Shown: one piece after another, positions 27,208-40,851 of the stretch
Numbering within the stretch: the first letter of the stretch is position 1
Layout: each line of letters opens with the position of its first letter
DNA from: the human T2T-CHM13v2.0 reference genome, Homo sapiens
NCBI RefSeq assembly: GCF_009914755.1
Contig: NC_060947.1
Reading direction: 5' to 3' (one strand)
Length of the DNA: 64,000 nucleotides
Program-made: the position numbers and the translations under genes
The notes under the pieces: generated by a model
What the model saw: the letters and a program-made list of their open reading frames with translations, nothing else
What the model was told of the DNA's origin: nothing
Database searches by the model: none

Positions 27208-27645
27208 TGTTTTATTTTATTGATTGATTTTTTTTTTTTTAGAGACAGGGTTTCTCTCTGTCTCCCAGGCTAGAGTGCAGTGGCATGATCAAAGCTTACT
27301 GCAGCCTCGAACTCCTGGGCTCAAGTGATCCTCTCAACTCAGCCTCCTGAGTAGCTGGGATCACAGGCTTGCCCCACCACATTTGGCTAATTTTTAAATT
27401 TTTTATTTTTGGAGACGGAGTGTCATTATGTTTCCCAGGCTCTTGAACTCCTGGGCTCAAGCGATCCTCCTGCCTCAGCCTCCTGAGTAGCTGGGACTAC
27501 AGATATGCACCAACATGCCCAGCTAATTTTTTGTAGAGACAGAGTCTCACTATGTGGCCAGGGCTGGTCTCAAATTCCTGGCCTCAAGCAATCCTTCTGC
27601 CTCTCAAAGTGCTGGGAATACAGGTGTGAGTCATCTCGCCCAGAC
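27208..27645 (-). mobile_element. Three-armed AluJ
   Basis: Three consecutive monomers with two linkers; one degenerate TSD aatatggacttttc (27194-27207) / aatgtggatctttc (27646-27659). Confidence 0.8.
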
Positions 27646-28729
27646 AATGTGGATCTTTCAAGCCCTTTCCTAAAGACAAGGAAGGAGAGAGGAAAAATAC
27701 ACCCAGTGTTGCTTTTGACCAGGGAAAGGTAAAATGCCTGCTTCTTACCTTAATGAACAGGCCACAGACAGGACCCCCCTTGTGGGTACCATGATCTGAG
27801 ATGTCAGTGACTATGAGTTTCCATGGGAACACATCCCACATGAATGCAGGCAAATCCTTTCTGCCTGCACGTGGGGACAGCGGATGGCAGCACCATGGTC
27901 ATGCCAGGCTCAAACTGTTGCACCGGCCTCTGCAGCAGGGTGTCCCACAGCCAGGCTGCATTTCAGCTAGGGGATGCTCTCCTGCTCCTGTTTATTTCCA
28001 CAAACAGGACCTGGTAGGAGATACATGGAGGCTCAGTTGGATTTATTTTGCTTTAACAAGACTCAGTGACAGACGCCAATGCAGGTGAAGTGTACTACGT
28101 ACGGCTCCACTCTGTGACACCCATGTCACCTTGGCTTGGAGAGGCTGTCTCTGTGGAAGACAATCCCATCTGCAAGCTCCATGGCATTCGTGCTGAGGTC
28201 TCCTTTCCATCTAGAAAGGACTCAGACTCATTTCCCCTTAGTTTATCTTTTATGTATTTTTCACAGCCAGATTCCTTTTTAAAGGTCTTTGGTTGGACAT
28301 CTGCCATTTATGTTTGCGACCGTCACTTGGTGTGCACTGCTTGGGGAATCGGATGGGTAATATGTCCAACAGCTCCATAAGCTTGGGTAACTTTCCAGAC
28401 ATCCCTTTCCTAATTGCAGTTTGCTTATGTCTAATGTGTGAGCAACACTTGGCCTTATAGTCCAGGCAAAGCTGCTTCTTCGCTTATTTTTTATTTTTAT
28501 TTTTATTTTTGCTTTGATCTGACCACGATGGGTTAGATGTAAGCATGCAGCTCTAGTAGGTCTGGGTGTTTCTAATGCAATGTTAAATAATCCAAAGTCC
28601 CTGCCTTCTTGGAGCAGCATCTGAGCAGGATGCAAATAGGCACACATTACGCAGTGGTTAGGGAACTAACCAGTGACGGGTATGTTGGCTGCGTCACATA
28701 CAGGGCTCATCTCACCCTCTGAAGGGCCT

Positions 28730-28850
28730 ACCACTTGTCACTTTACAATTGAGGAGATGGAGGCTCATGAGAATTCATGAAACGTGCTCCAGATCACATC
28801 CAGACAAAGTAACAGCAGAGCTGGAGGACAGCCCAGTTCAGCTGACCACA
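28730..28850 (-). mobile_element. MIR fragment
   Basis: ctttacaattgaggagatggaggctca...cagatcaca...gcagagctgg core. Confidence 0.6.
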
Positions 28851-29380
28851 TACGGCACGTGAAGGCTATGAGAGCTGCTCCACGGAGGAGAGAATACACA
28901 GAAATTAGCACAGTTGCTCTTCTGTTGTTTAGATCTATCAGTTGCCATCCTGCTTCTCTGCCCATAAGCTCCTCCTTCCCTCTTTCCTCCATCTCATGAG
29001 AACTAGATCACAGACTTTGGCTGATTGGCATTTTGTGGCCTCCCACTGCGTGGTGAGCACAGGCACAAATGATGCAAACCTCTCATCTAGAAGACACGTT
29101 TCATGGCACAGCTGACCTGCTGGGAGACCCAGCTCTGTTTCAGACCAAGCAGCTCCCTTCAACAGCCATTGAGCTCCATACTGTTTACATTTACTGTATG
29201 GTGCTCAGGTTGGTGTATAATCCTCCTAATAGCCAAACTGCAGGGTTTCTTCTCAACCCTGCAATTATATCTTACGGCTTCAAAAGGCAGCCCTTTTAGT
29301 TCAGCCTTTGGTGTTTCAGGGAACTGAGTACCTTTCTCTATCAGCCAGTCTCTTTTGTAAGGCACAGTCTCTTTCATAAA

Positions 29381-29543
29381 CTTGTTTGTTGTTGTTGTTG
29401 TTATTGTTGTTGTTTTCCTTTTTGTGGAGAACCGGATCTTGCTATGTTGCCCAGGCTAGTCTCGAATTCCTGAGCTGAAGCAATCCTTCCACCTTTGTCT
29501 GCCTAAGTGCTGGGATTACAGGCATGAGCCACCATACCAGGCC
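29381..29543 (-). mobile_element. Free left Alu monomer (FLAM_C-like) with (GTT)n tail
   Basis: Single monomer; duplicated cagtctcttt on both sides. Confidence 0.8.
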
Positions 29544-29949
29544 AGTCTCTTTTTTATAGCTAATGCTGGCAATGACATTTAATAGTTATTAATGCCCCAA
29601 ATTGCATCTTACTTTATTGTTGTCCAATAAGGTTCATTACAGCTGATTATCTCAAATTACCCAGGTTAGCTTAGCACTCATATAAAAACACCTCCACCTC
29701 CTCCTTAACAAAAACAAACAAAAAAACTTTAAGATGGAATTTTTTTCTGATTTTGTCCAAAAGTACAGCCTATGCTTTTATGCATTGTTTCCTAGTTTTC
29801 TAGTGTACAATTAGAAAGATGTTTAATCTGAAGGAATGCGAGCTTGCCCTAGCTTTGAATTTGGTCTCTCGTTTGGCAACTTTGAACTGTCTCACTGAGC
29901 CTGCAATTGCCTGCAGTTGAAATTCTTCCACATGCCCACAGAGAGGGAA

Positions 29950-30250
29950 GCACATAGATGTTTTCTACAGCAATGATTGGTGCAGAAAACAACAAGTCAA
30001 ATGAACAAATACCTAAGATACAGCAATAGGGAAATGGATCGATGCTCATACATTCACAAAATGAAATCCCCATGGCAATTAAAACAAATACGCTGGAGTT
30101 GTTCATGTAGACATGGGTCAACTTGAAAACACCATGTGGAATGGAAAAAAAAAGAAGCTGAAAAGTCTTTGGTAAAATAAATCATTTATGTGAATTTTTA
30201 AAAATTTAGAAAAACCTTTATAGAGTAAGGGCCTGGAAAGATCATGTAAA
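29950..30250 (+). mobile_element. Very old L1M(E) 3' remnant
   Basis: cattcacaaaatgaaatccc...gcaattaaaa...acatgggtcaacttgaaaac. Confidence 0.4.
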
Positions 30251-32134
30251 CAGCATTGACCGGCTCTGGGAGAAAGGGAAGGAATGGCGGCTGGAGAACC
30301 ACGTCTGGGCTACTGTGTTTCTTTTAAAATGTTCTAGCGCAACTACGACAAAATGTAAAATTGTGTTAAAGCTTTTTGCGGAGTACCTGTATAAATTAGA
30401 TTGTGTACTATTCGAGGAGTTATTAGTAATAATAACTTGGAGGGGAGAAGAATTTAGGGAACATAAGGAACATCGCTGTTCCTTACTATTTGGAAATCTT
30501 GCTAAAAAATCATCGTAATGTCAACTGGATTGCCAAAGGAGCAGTACAACTCTTCAAAATTAATAATGTTCTCATATTATTAAGGATTTCTTGGTTCTTC
30601 TGAAGAATTATGACCTCAAGTTCTACTAAAGTAATCTTATGTTCATCTTCAAAAAATAATGAGTACTCTATTGACCAGAGAAAGCATTTCTTAGTGTTTT
30701 ACCTGAGACCCTGTTACTAACAACAGTAGTTCTGTATTATCCATTATTTAAAGGAACATAGAAATTTCTTTACAGCATATATATTGCAGTCTCTGAAAAT
30801 AAAGGAAAACACTAGAAAAAAGTTGCAAAAACAGACTGGATTAGTCTAGGAATTTGCTTATTGGTGTTTAATTAATTATGCACTACACTGGTGAGCACAA
30901 GTGAGCTACTATTATCACAGATGGTAAGAAAATTTTTCTTTTCCTCTTCCTCAAATGACCTTGTAACTGTAAATACAGAAATATTGAGTTTCAAAGTTGG
31001 TAAATAAAAATTGGAGTCTGTAGCAACAATGGGAAATAAGGACCACCGATAGTTACTATTTATTTTTCCCAAACATATCATTAGCAGAAGCAACATTTCT
31101 AATAACAAGAGATTTCTATTTACAGCCACCGGGATAATATATGAAAATATTCACTACTAGTTCTATAATTGTCTATTTAAAATTTTGCGGAGTACCTCTA
31201 CTGATCTCATTTTGGGGATGGTTGTTGATCATTACGCTCACTTACAATAAATGATGGGGAAAGTCTGTCATAAAGCATTTTATATTTGTAGCTTCTACCC
31301 TTCTCTTGCTCTGTCTTCAGACTATTTCTTTGGCCCCATAAATACTGGATGATATAGTACTTGCTGGGTGCAGAATCATTCTCCTCCAAATATTTGTTCA
31401 CAAATAGAAAGAAAGAAGGGAAAACAGACTGGTTCCTTGGCAAATATTAAGAGCAAATGCCTTCACATTGACAATATTCATCCAGATGAGAATGGCCATT
31501 AACCTCACTGTCCAGAGATTCAGACGATCGGAGGAAAAAAACCCATGGGAACTTAGGAAGATGAATACGTGAAATTCTATTAAATAAAATTGACCTTAGT
31601 AGTTTTCTTTCATCTAAACAGCTGCTCCCCAGTGAGAATTCCCATTGTTCTATTGGGTAATAGATACTGAAAGAGACTCATTCTTGCTTAATCCTATAAT
31701 AAGCAAGCTACTTCTTGAGATATAGAGGGTTTACCCAAGTGAACCAAGTTAACTCTTTCAAAATGACAACTGCCACTTCTGAGTGTGCCCCCCAAAGTTC
31801 TTTCACCTCATAACAGGTGATCCTCTGAGGTGTTTATGCACATAAATATTTGATTAAACTGTTGCCTTATTTCTTTTCTTAGGAAATCCTCACATTTTTC
31901 ACTTATTGGTTTAATATCATGATATTTAAATTCAGGTCAATGTCACAGAGCTCATAATAACCCTAAACTTTGGCACATAGCATAGAAAATTTTGGTAGAT
32001 GAAAGCTCCACTGTGGTTTCCTAGTTTGCAATTGAAGCATTTCTTCTTCATACACCACTGGAGCAGAAAATACCTCATTTTCCCAACCTGCATGTAAAAC
32101 CAAATGCAGAGATTGCTACTGATCACCTTCCCTT

Positions 32135-32655
32135 TGTTCACTCATTCATTTGCCATGCATGTGTTTGAGCTCCTACAGGGCTGTACCCGTAGTAGATGCT
32201 GGGGATTGTGCAGTGAACAGAATTAAAGCTGCTGTCATCAAAAGCACAGGTATCCATGGGTAAAACAAGCACATGGCACTAGGAAAGAGAGGCAGAGCGC
32301 TGAGCAACAGTGACATTTTACACAGGTTGAGCAGGAAACGCAGAGACTGAAAGGAGCACAATGCCGTGGGGAGAATGTTTCTACAGAGCGCAAGGCACTG
32401 GCACTGGCCCTGGGACCAGAGAGGGCTTCAGATGCTTCAGGATGAGCAAGAGGCCAATATGGGTGAGACGGGGATGGGGTAGCAAGGGGGACTTGCTGGA
32501 AGGAAGAGCCCAGCAGCAGGAGCCAGCCACAGACACCCTAGCAGGCATCGTAAGAACATTCCTGAGTGCATCGAATGAGGTGGGAAGCTGTTAGAATGTT
32601 TTGAGGACACGGTAGCCATGAACTAACTTATATTCTGAAAGAATCACCCTGCATC
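32135..32655 (-). mobile_element. L2 3' portion
   Basis: ctcattcatt...gtttgagctcctac...tagatgctgggga...agtgaaca; gggaagctgttagaatgttttgag...gaaagaatcaccctg. Confidence 0.75.
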
Positions 32656-32679
32656 GAAAAGAGAAAAGAAAAAGTTTAC

Positions 32680-33125
32680 AGGGAAGAAACCTGGCAGGCA
32701 CCACCTGAACCAAGCGATCAAAGTCAACATCACCAGGGCGAAGCCACATGGCTATCGCGTACCCTCGAATATGGTGAGGAGAAGGGCACCTCTCCTCGGT
32801 CATGTCCTTCCCCAAATCCCAAAACCCCAGTCTAATTGTGACAAAACATCAGTCAGAATCAAATTGAGAGACTTTCTATAAAACACCAGACAAGGACTCC
32901 TTAACACTGTCAAGGTCATGAAAGACAAGGAAAGTACAATAAATTGTGACAGATCAGAGGGGACTAGAGGATATGATCATGACCAAATGCAGTGTGGGAT
33001 CTGGATTTGATGCTGGAACAGAGAGAGGTGATTAGTGGAAAAACTTGGAAAATCCCAATACAGTCTCTAATATCGTTAACAGTATTGTAGCAATGTTAAA
33101 TTCTTCGTTTTGACAGATGTACCAT
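32680..33125 (+). mobile_element. L1MC-like 3' UTR fragment
   Basis: gaaacctggcaggcaccacctgaaccaagcgatcaaagtcaacatcaccag...aaatgcagtgtgggatctgga. Confidence 0.75.
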
Positions 33126-33262
33126 ATTTTTGTTTGTGCTGCAGTAACAGAATACCACAGCCTGGGTAATTTATAAATTTGTTTCTCATAGTTCTGGAGG
33201 CTGGGAAGTCAGTGTCTGGTGAGGTCTGATCTCTGTTTCCAAGATGATGCCTTGAAAGCTGT
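33126..33262 (-). mobile_element. MaLR LTR fragment (MST/MLT1A-like)
   Basis: ctgcagtaacagaataccacagcctgggtaatttataa...agttctggaggctgggaagtc. Confidence 0.75.
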
Positions 33263-33685
33263 GTCACCCAAAGTCCTATTTTTTGCTTCATAAATGACAA
33301 GTTGAACTGCTTCCCTATTGACCAATGGAACAAAATGCTTGTGAATCAAACTTTGTGTAAGCTTCTCCTTTTCCCATGGGTACCTGAACTTCGACCCCAC
33401 CCTCAGCTTGCGCCAGCAGACCGCCCCTCCTAAGACCAGGCTGGGCTAAGGGTAAGGCATTCTCTGACTGTCCTATAACATCATCCTGCATCTGACTCCC
33501 CAACACCTGGCTCTTACTCTTGTTTACTTCTTATAAAAGCAAAACCCTTTTTGCCTAACTCTTGAGACATGCCCATAAGCAATCTCCCTACTGCAAATAC
33601 TTCCCCTCCCCTAATTGCAATCCTCCCTCCCTCGCAATTACCTGTAAAGTCTCTCCTTGCTAAGCCCTTTGTTTCCTACTTGACA
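33263..33685 (+). mobile_element. ERV1-type LTR fragment
   Basis: CCAAT (gaccaatgg), tataaaag, ends ...aaagtctctccttgc...ttgaca. Confidence 0.5.
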
Positions 33686-34477
33686 GTATCCTTTAAGAAC
33701 ATTAAGACTTGAACCACTTTCTGCAACTTCCCCTTGAATTCATGCCTCACTTTGGAGAGTGGAATGGTACCCTACAGAAAGGACAGATGATGGATCTTTA
33801 TAAGGCATTGTGATGTGCTCTCCCCAGCAGTAAGTTTCCATTCAAATTAGAGTCCTGAAAGCCTCAGGAAATAGCCAGGAGAAGGACTATATAAAAAAAA
33901 ATAAAGTTTACGAACCAAAGAAAAGTCTAAGTGAAATAATGCAGCCCTTTTCTTTCTGTCTTATTTAACAGTTCAAAAAAGACCCCCTTAAAACATTAAT
34001 GTAAATTATGTACCCTCAGATTTAATTTGAGTTATAGTCTGCCAGTAAGAGAATCGCAGGGACACTGTGGCTTGGAGCTTTCCAGCCTCGTAAACTATTT
34101 ATGTAAATCTCTCTCTACAGGACTCAAGAATGCTATGCTAAGGCTAGAATGAAAAGGAAAAAAAATCTCATTGACTGTACTAAATCCCTGTGAACTTTGC
34201 CTTTGGGGGTAGATTTGGTTTATTCAGTTGATTATTTTCTTGAGCCAAAAGAGCTTTTTCCAGAGTCTCCAACCCCTGTTTTTATTTTAGCGGTAATAAT
34301 GTCCAGATTGAGCCCTTTGGCATGGAACACTTCCCCTTTGTGGCCTGTGGTTTACTATGCAAATGGGTTGCAAGTGAACAGATGTAGCTGATGGGTCAAA
34401 ATCTCAGAATCATCAAGGATCTTGGAAAGGAACCCTGTTTTAAGGAAATACAATGGGCAGCGTGAAATATGTACATA

Positions 34478-34562
34478 TGTGTATGGGTGTGTACACACTT
34501 TATACATTTATATATACACACACACACATATTATATGCAGATGCATATACATATACATATTC
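34478..34562. repeat. Degenerate (TA/CA/TG)n microsatellite
   Basis: Direct reading. Confidence 0.8.
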
Positions 34563-35261
34563 CATGACAGATTCCCAGCTCAGCAATCCTGGTTATTCAA
34601 CATTCTGTCTACTAAGACCAAGCCTGGTCTTGTCCTCAGTAAACAAGGGGGCATCTATCTGTTTTATCTAAGTCATATAGGGAAAGGTAGCTGTTTGCAG
34701 TAAGCTATTTCCAGAACTCCAAGAGTTGGGGGGTCTCTTTACTATCACTGTTTCCAAGGATACTAGGGCTCGGGTAAAGTTTGACAAAGTCAGTTGCAAT
34801 GAAATAAAAGTCAAAAGTATGTAATCAAATGATAAGATGGGACCTTTAGAGGTGACAGATGAGTATCTAAGCAACCAGGAAAGCCTGCTCTTAATTGACT
34901 CCCAGAAAAACACACAAAGGAGAGAAAAAACATTTTGCAATTTCTCAAAGTCAAATAATTGCTGTCATCTCATGCCCCAAGAATGAGAAATCCTGTCTGT
35001 GGCTGGAAATTTTACTAACTGAAAAGTGACGATCAAAATGCGAATGCCACCCTGGCATTTGGAGCCTCCAAGACATTAAAATGTGTAAGAATATCAAATA
35101 CTCGATCCCATAAGTCTTTTGACCTTTCTTGGAGGTGAAATTTGAGGGAGCTGACCACAGAGATGAAAGCTGCCCTTATTTCCCATCATAGTAGACTCAT
35201 TTTATTTTACTCTCGATTAAAAAATATATTTTACAGTTCTTCTTTAAAAGGTCAGTGCTTC

Positions 35262-35720
35262 TGGGAGAGACTTCAAGATGGGAGCTGATCAGAAATTAGC
35301 AGGACCCAGCAACCCCACTTCTGGGTTCCATTCAAAGGAAAAGAAATTTTGTGTCAAGAAAACCCAGGCAGACTCACATGTTCATCACAGCACTATTCAC
35401 AATACCAAAGTCATAGAATCAACCTTAGTGTCCATCAATGATGGCTGGATAAAGAATGTGTGATACATACGCACCATGGAATGCTATGCAGCCACAAAAA
35501 AAGAATGAAATCATGTCCTTTGCAGTAACATAGATAGAGTTGGAAGCTATTATCCTACATGAAATAACTCAGAAAGTCAAATACCACATGTTCTCACTTA
35601 TAAGTAGGAGTTAAACAATGGGTGCACATTGACATAAAGATGGAAACAATAGATACTGGGAACTCCAAAAGGGAGAAGGGTGGGAAGGGGGTCAGGGTCT
35701 TTAAAATTATCTATTGGGTG
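35262..35720 (+). mobile_element. L1PA16/L1PB-like 3' fragment preceded by a possible L1 5' tip
   Basis: gacccagcaacccc...cttataagtaggag...attatctattgggt; upstream ggagagacttcaagatgg. Confidence 0.75.
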
Positions 35721-38700
35721 TCCTTGATGAACATAGAGGCAAAAATCCTCAACAAAACACTAGCACACCAAATCCAGCAGCACATGAAAAAGCTAATCCA
35801 CTACGATCAAGTAGTTTTTATTCCTGGGATGCAAGGTTGGCTCAACATATGCAAATCAATAAATGTGATTCATCATATAAACCAAACTACAAATGAAAAC
35901 CACATGATCATCTCAATAGATGCAGAAAGGCTTTCAATAAAATTCAATATCCCTTCATGTTAAAAATCTTCAAGCATTGAAGGAACATACCTCAAAATAA
36001 TAAAAGCCATCTATGACAAACCCACAGCCAACATCATACTGAACAGACAAAAGGTAGAAGCATTCCCTTTGAGAACCAGAAAAAACAAGGATGCCATCTC
36101 TCACCACTCCTATTCAACATAGTACTGAAAGTTCTGGCCAGAGCAATTAGGCAAGAGAAAGAAATAAAAGGCATGTAGATAGGAAGATAGGAAGTCAAAA
36201 TACCTGTTTATAGATGATATGATACTATACCTAGAAAACTCCATAGTCTCTGCCCAAAAGCTCCTAGATCTGATAAAGAGCTTCAGCAAAGCTTCAAGAT
36301 ACAAAATCAATGTACAAAAATAAGTAGCATTTCTATACATCAACAATATCCAAGCTGACAGCCAAATCAAGAATGCAATCCCATTCACAATAGCCACAAA
36401 AGGAATAAAATACCTAGGAATATAGCTAACTAGGGAGGTGAAAGATCTCTACAACGAGAATTACAAAACACTGCTCAAAGAAATCAGAGATGACATAAAC
36501 AAATGGAAAAGCATTCCATGTGCGTGGATAGGAGAAATCAATATTGTTAAAATGGCCATACTGTCCAAAGCAATTTACAGATTCAATACTATTCCTATGA
36601 AACTACCAGTAACATTCTTCACAGGAATAGAAAAAAATATTTTAAAATTCATATGGAACCAAAAGAGAGCCTGAATAGCCAAGGCAATTCTAATCAAAAA
36701 GAACAAAACTGGAGGCAACATGCTACCTGACTTCAAACTACCCTATAAGGCTGCAGTAACCAAAACAGCATGGTACTAGTTCAAAAATAGACATATAGAC
36801 CAGTGAAACAGAATAGAGAGCCCAGAAATAATGCCACACACCTACAAACATTGGTCTTTGACAAAGCTTGACATAAACAAGCAATGGAGAAAAGATTCCC
36901 TATTCAATAAATGGTGCTGGAATAACTGGCTAGTCATATGAAGAAGATTTAAACTGGACCCCTTCCTTACACCATATACAAAAATCAACTCAAGATGGAT
37001 TAAAGACTTAATTGTAAAACCTAAAACTCTAAAAAACCTGGAAGATAACCTAGGAAATACCATTTGAGACACAGACCCTGGCAAAGATTTCAATGCAAAG
37101 ATGCCAAAAGCAACTGCAACGAAAACAAAAAATGATGAATAGGATCTAATTAAATGAAAGAGCTTGTGCACAGCAAAAGAAACTATCAACAGAGTAAAGG
37201 GACAACCTACAGAATGGGAGAAAATTTTTGCAAACTATGTATGCAACAAAGGTCTGTTACCAAGAATCTATAAGGAATTTGAACAAATTAACAAGCAAAA
37301 AAAAAAAAAAAACCATTAAAAAGTGGGCAAAGGACATGAACAGACACTTTTCAAAAGAAGACATATATGTGGCCAACAAGCATATTTAAAAAATGCCCAA
37401 CATCACTAATTGTATTAATTCATTTTCACACTGCTGTAAAGAAATATCTGAGACTGGGTCATTTATAAAGAAAAGAGTTTTAATTGACTCACAGTTCCAC
37501 ATGGCTGGGGAGGCCTCAGGAAACTTACAATCATGGCAGAAGGCACCTCTTCACAGGGTGGCAGGAGAGAGAAGAGAGAGCAAAAGGTAAATAACTCCTT
37601 ATAAAACCATCAGATATCATGAGAACTCACTCACCATCATGAGAATAGCATGCGGGAAACTGCCCCATGATCCAGTCACCTCCATCCCTTGACACACGGG
37701 GATTACAATTCAAGATAAGATTTCAGTAGGGACACAGGGCCAAACTATATCATTCTGTCCCTGGCTCCTCCCAAATCTCATGTCTTTTCACATTTCAAAA
37801 CCAATCATGCCTTCCCAACAACAGTCCCCGAAAGTCTTAACTAATTTCAGCATTAACTCAAAAGTCCACAGTCCAAAGTCTCATCTGAGACAAGGCAAGT
37901 CCCTTTTTCCTAGGAGCCTGTAAAATCAAAAGCAAGCTAGTTACTTCCAAGATACAATGTGAGTACAGGCATTGGACAAATGCTCCCATTCCAAATAGGA
38001 GAAATTGGCTAAAACAAAGGGGCTACAGGCCCCGATCAAGTGCAAAATCCAGCGGGGCAGTCATTAAATCTTAAAGCTCCAAAATGATCTCCCTTGACTC
38101 CATTTCTCACATCTGGGCATGCTGGGAGCAAGAGTTGGGCTCCCATGGCCTTGTGCAGCTCCTTCGTGGGCTGGTGTTGAGTGCCTGTGGCTTTTCCAGG
38201 TGCATAGTGTAAGCTGTCAGTGGATCTACCATTCTAGGGTTTGGAGGACGATGGCCCTCTTCTCACAGCTCCACTAGGCAGTCCTCCAGTGGGTCTCCGT
38301 GTGGGGACTCCAACCCCACATTTCCCTTCCACACTGCCCTAGCAGAGGTTCTTCATAAGGGCTCTGCCCCTCCAGCAGACTTCTGCCTGGGCATCCAGGC
38401 ATTTCAATACATCCTCTGAAATCTAGGCTCCCAAATTAGGTTCCCAAGTCTCAATTATTGACTTCTGTACACCCTCAGTCCCAACATCATGTGGAAGCCA
38501 CCAAGGCTTGGGGCTTGCACCCTCTGAAGCAATGACTCATGTTGTACCTTGGCCCTTTTTAGCCACAGCTGGAGATGGAGCAGCTGGGATACAGGGTACC
38601 AAGTCCTAAGGCTGCACAGAGCAGTGGGGGCCCTGGGCTTGGCCCAGGAACCATTATTCTCTGCTAGGCCTCCAAGCCTGTGATGGGAGAGGTTGCTGTG

Positions 38701-39244
38701 AAGACCTCTGGCATGCCCTGGAGATATTTTCCCCATTGTCTTGGCTATTAACATTCGCTCCTTGTTACTTATGCAAATTTCTTCAGCCAGCTTGAATTTC
38801 TCCCCAGAAAATGGGCTTTTCTTTTCTACCTCATGGCCGGCTGGAAATTTTCCAAACCTTTATGCTCTGCTTCCTTTTTAAACATAAGTTCCAATTTCAG
38901 ATCATCTCTCTCAAGTTCAAAGTTCCACAGATCTCCAGGGCAGTGGCAAAATGCTGCCAGTCTCCTTGCTAAAGCATAGTAAGAGTGACCTTTGCTCCAG
39001 TTCCCAACAAGTTCCTTATCTCTGTCCAAGACTACCTCAACTTGGACTTCATTGTCCATATCACTATCAGTATTTTGGCCAAAACCATTCAACAAGTCTC
39101 TAGGAAGCTCCAAACTTTCCCACATCTTCCTGTCTTCTTCTGAACCCTGAAAACTTTTCCAACCTCTGCCCATTAAAGTTCCAAAGTCACTTCCACATTT
39201 TCAAGTATCTTTATAGTAGTACCCTACTCTCTGCAGTACCAATT

Positions 39245-40236
<992 letters not shown>

Positions 40237-40312
40237 AATTTACTGTAGTAGTCCATTTTCACACTGCTGTAAAGATACTACTGAGACTAGGTAATTTATA
40301 AACAAAGGAGGT

Positions 40313-40851
40313 TGCCAGAAAGATGTCAGAGCCCTGGCAGTGGGAAGTGGTCAACTCACAGGTTGGTAAAAAGAATTTACCAACAACAGTATAGGTTTGA
40401 AAAAGGAAAGTTTATTAGGAAGGAAGAACACTACATTGGGTGCCTCAGCAAGAGGACTGAGCATGCCTCGGTGGATTTTTCCTTAGCGGTATCAATAGAC
40501 CTTAAGGCAGGAGCTCAGGGTTGTAAAATGAGTTTCAGCACATTCCAGAGATGCAGAGAAATTTTAGTTACTTATAAAAGTTGAAAGAGGCCTGGAACCA
40601 GATGCCAACTTAGATACCAGGGAAATTGAGTTACTTCTAAATTCCCAGATAAGAAGTTTTGCCTCCAGGCCCATTTGATGGTCACCAGGAGGTGTTTGTT
40701 GCCTTCTAAATTTTTCAGATAAGGAGTTTTGCCTCTGGATGATCTGTTTGATGGTCACCAAGCGGTCTTTGCTCTCTTCTAAATTCCTCAGATAAGGATT
40801 TTTTTTTTTTTTTTTGTCTCCAGGGCCTGTTCAATGGTCACCAGGTGATTT
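40313..40851 (-). mobile_element. Truncated LTR (family uncertain) inside the second THE1 LTR
   Basis: ggtaaaaagaatttacc...gtttattag resembles the 11544 LTR; holds three ~70-bp tandem units starting 40634, 40703, 40776. Confidence 0.7.

Noticed and set aside
40634-40851. CRISPR-like array
   Set aside because: Whole units are degenerate tandem copies with no unique spacers, inside an LTR in primate DNA.
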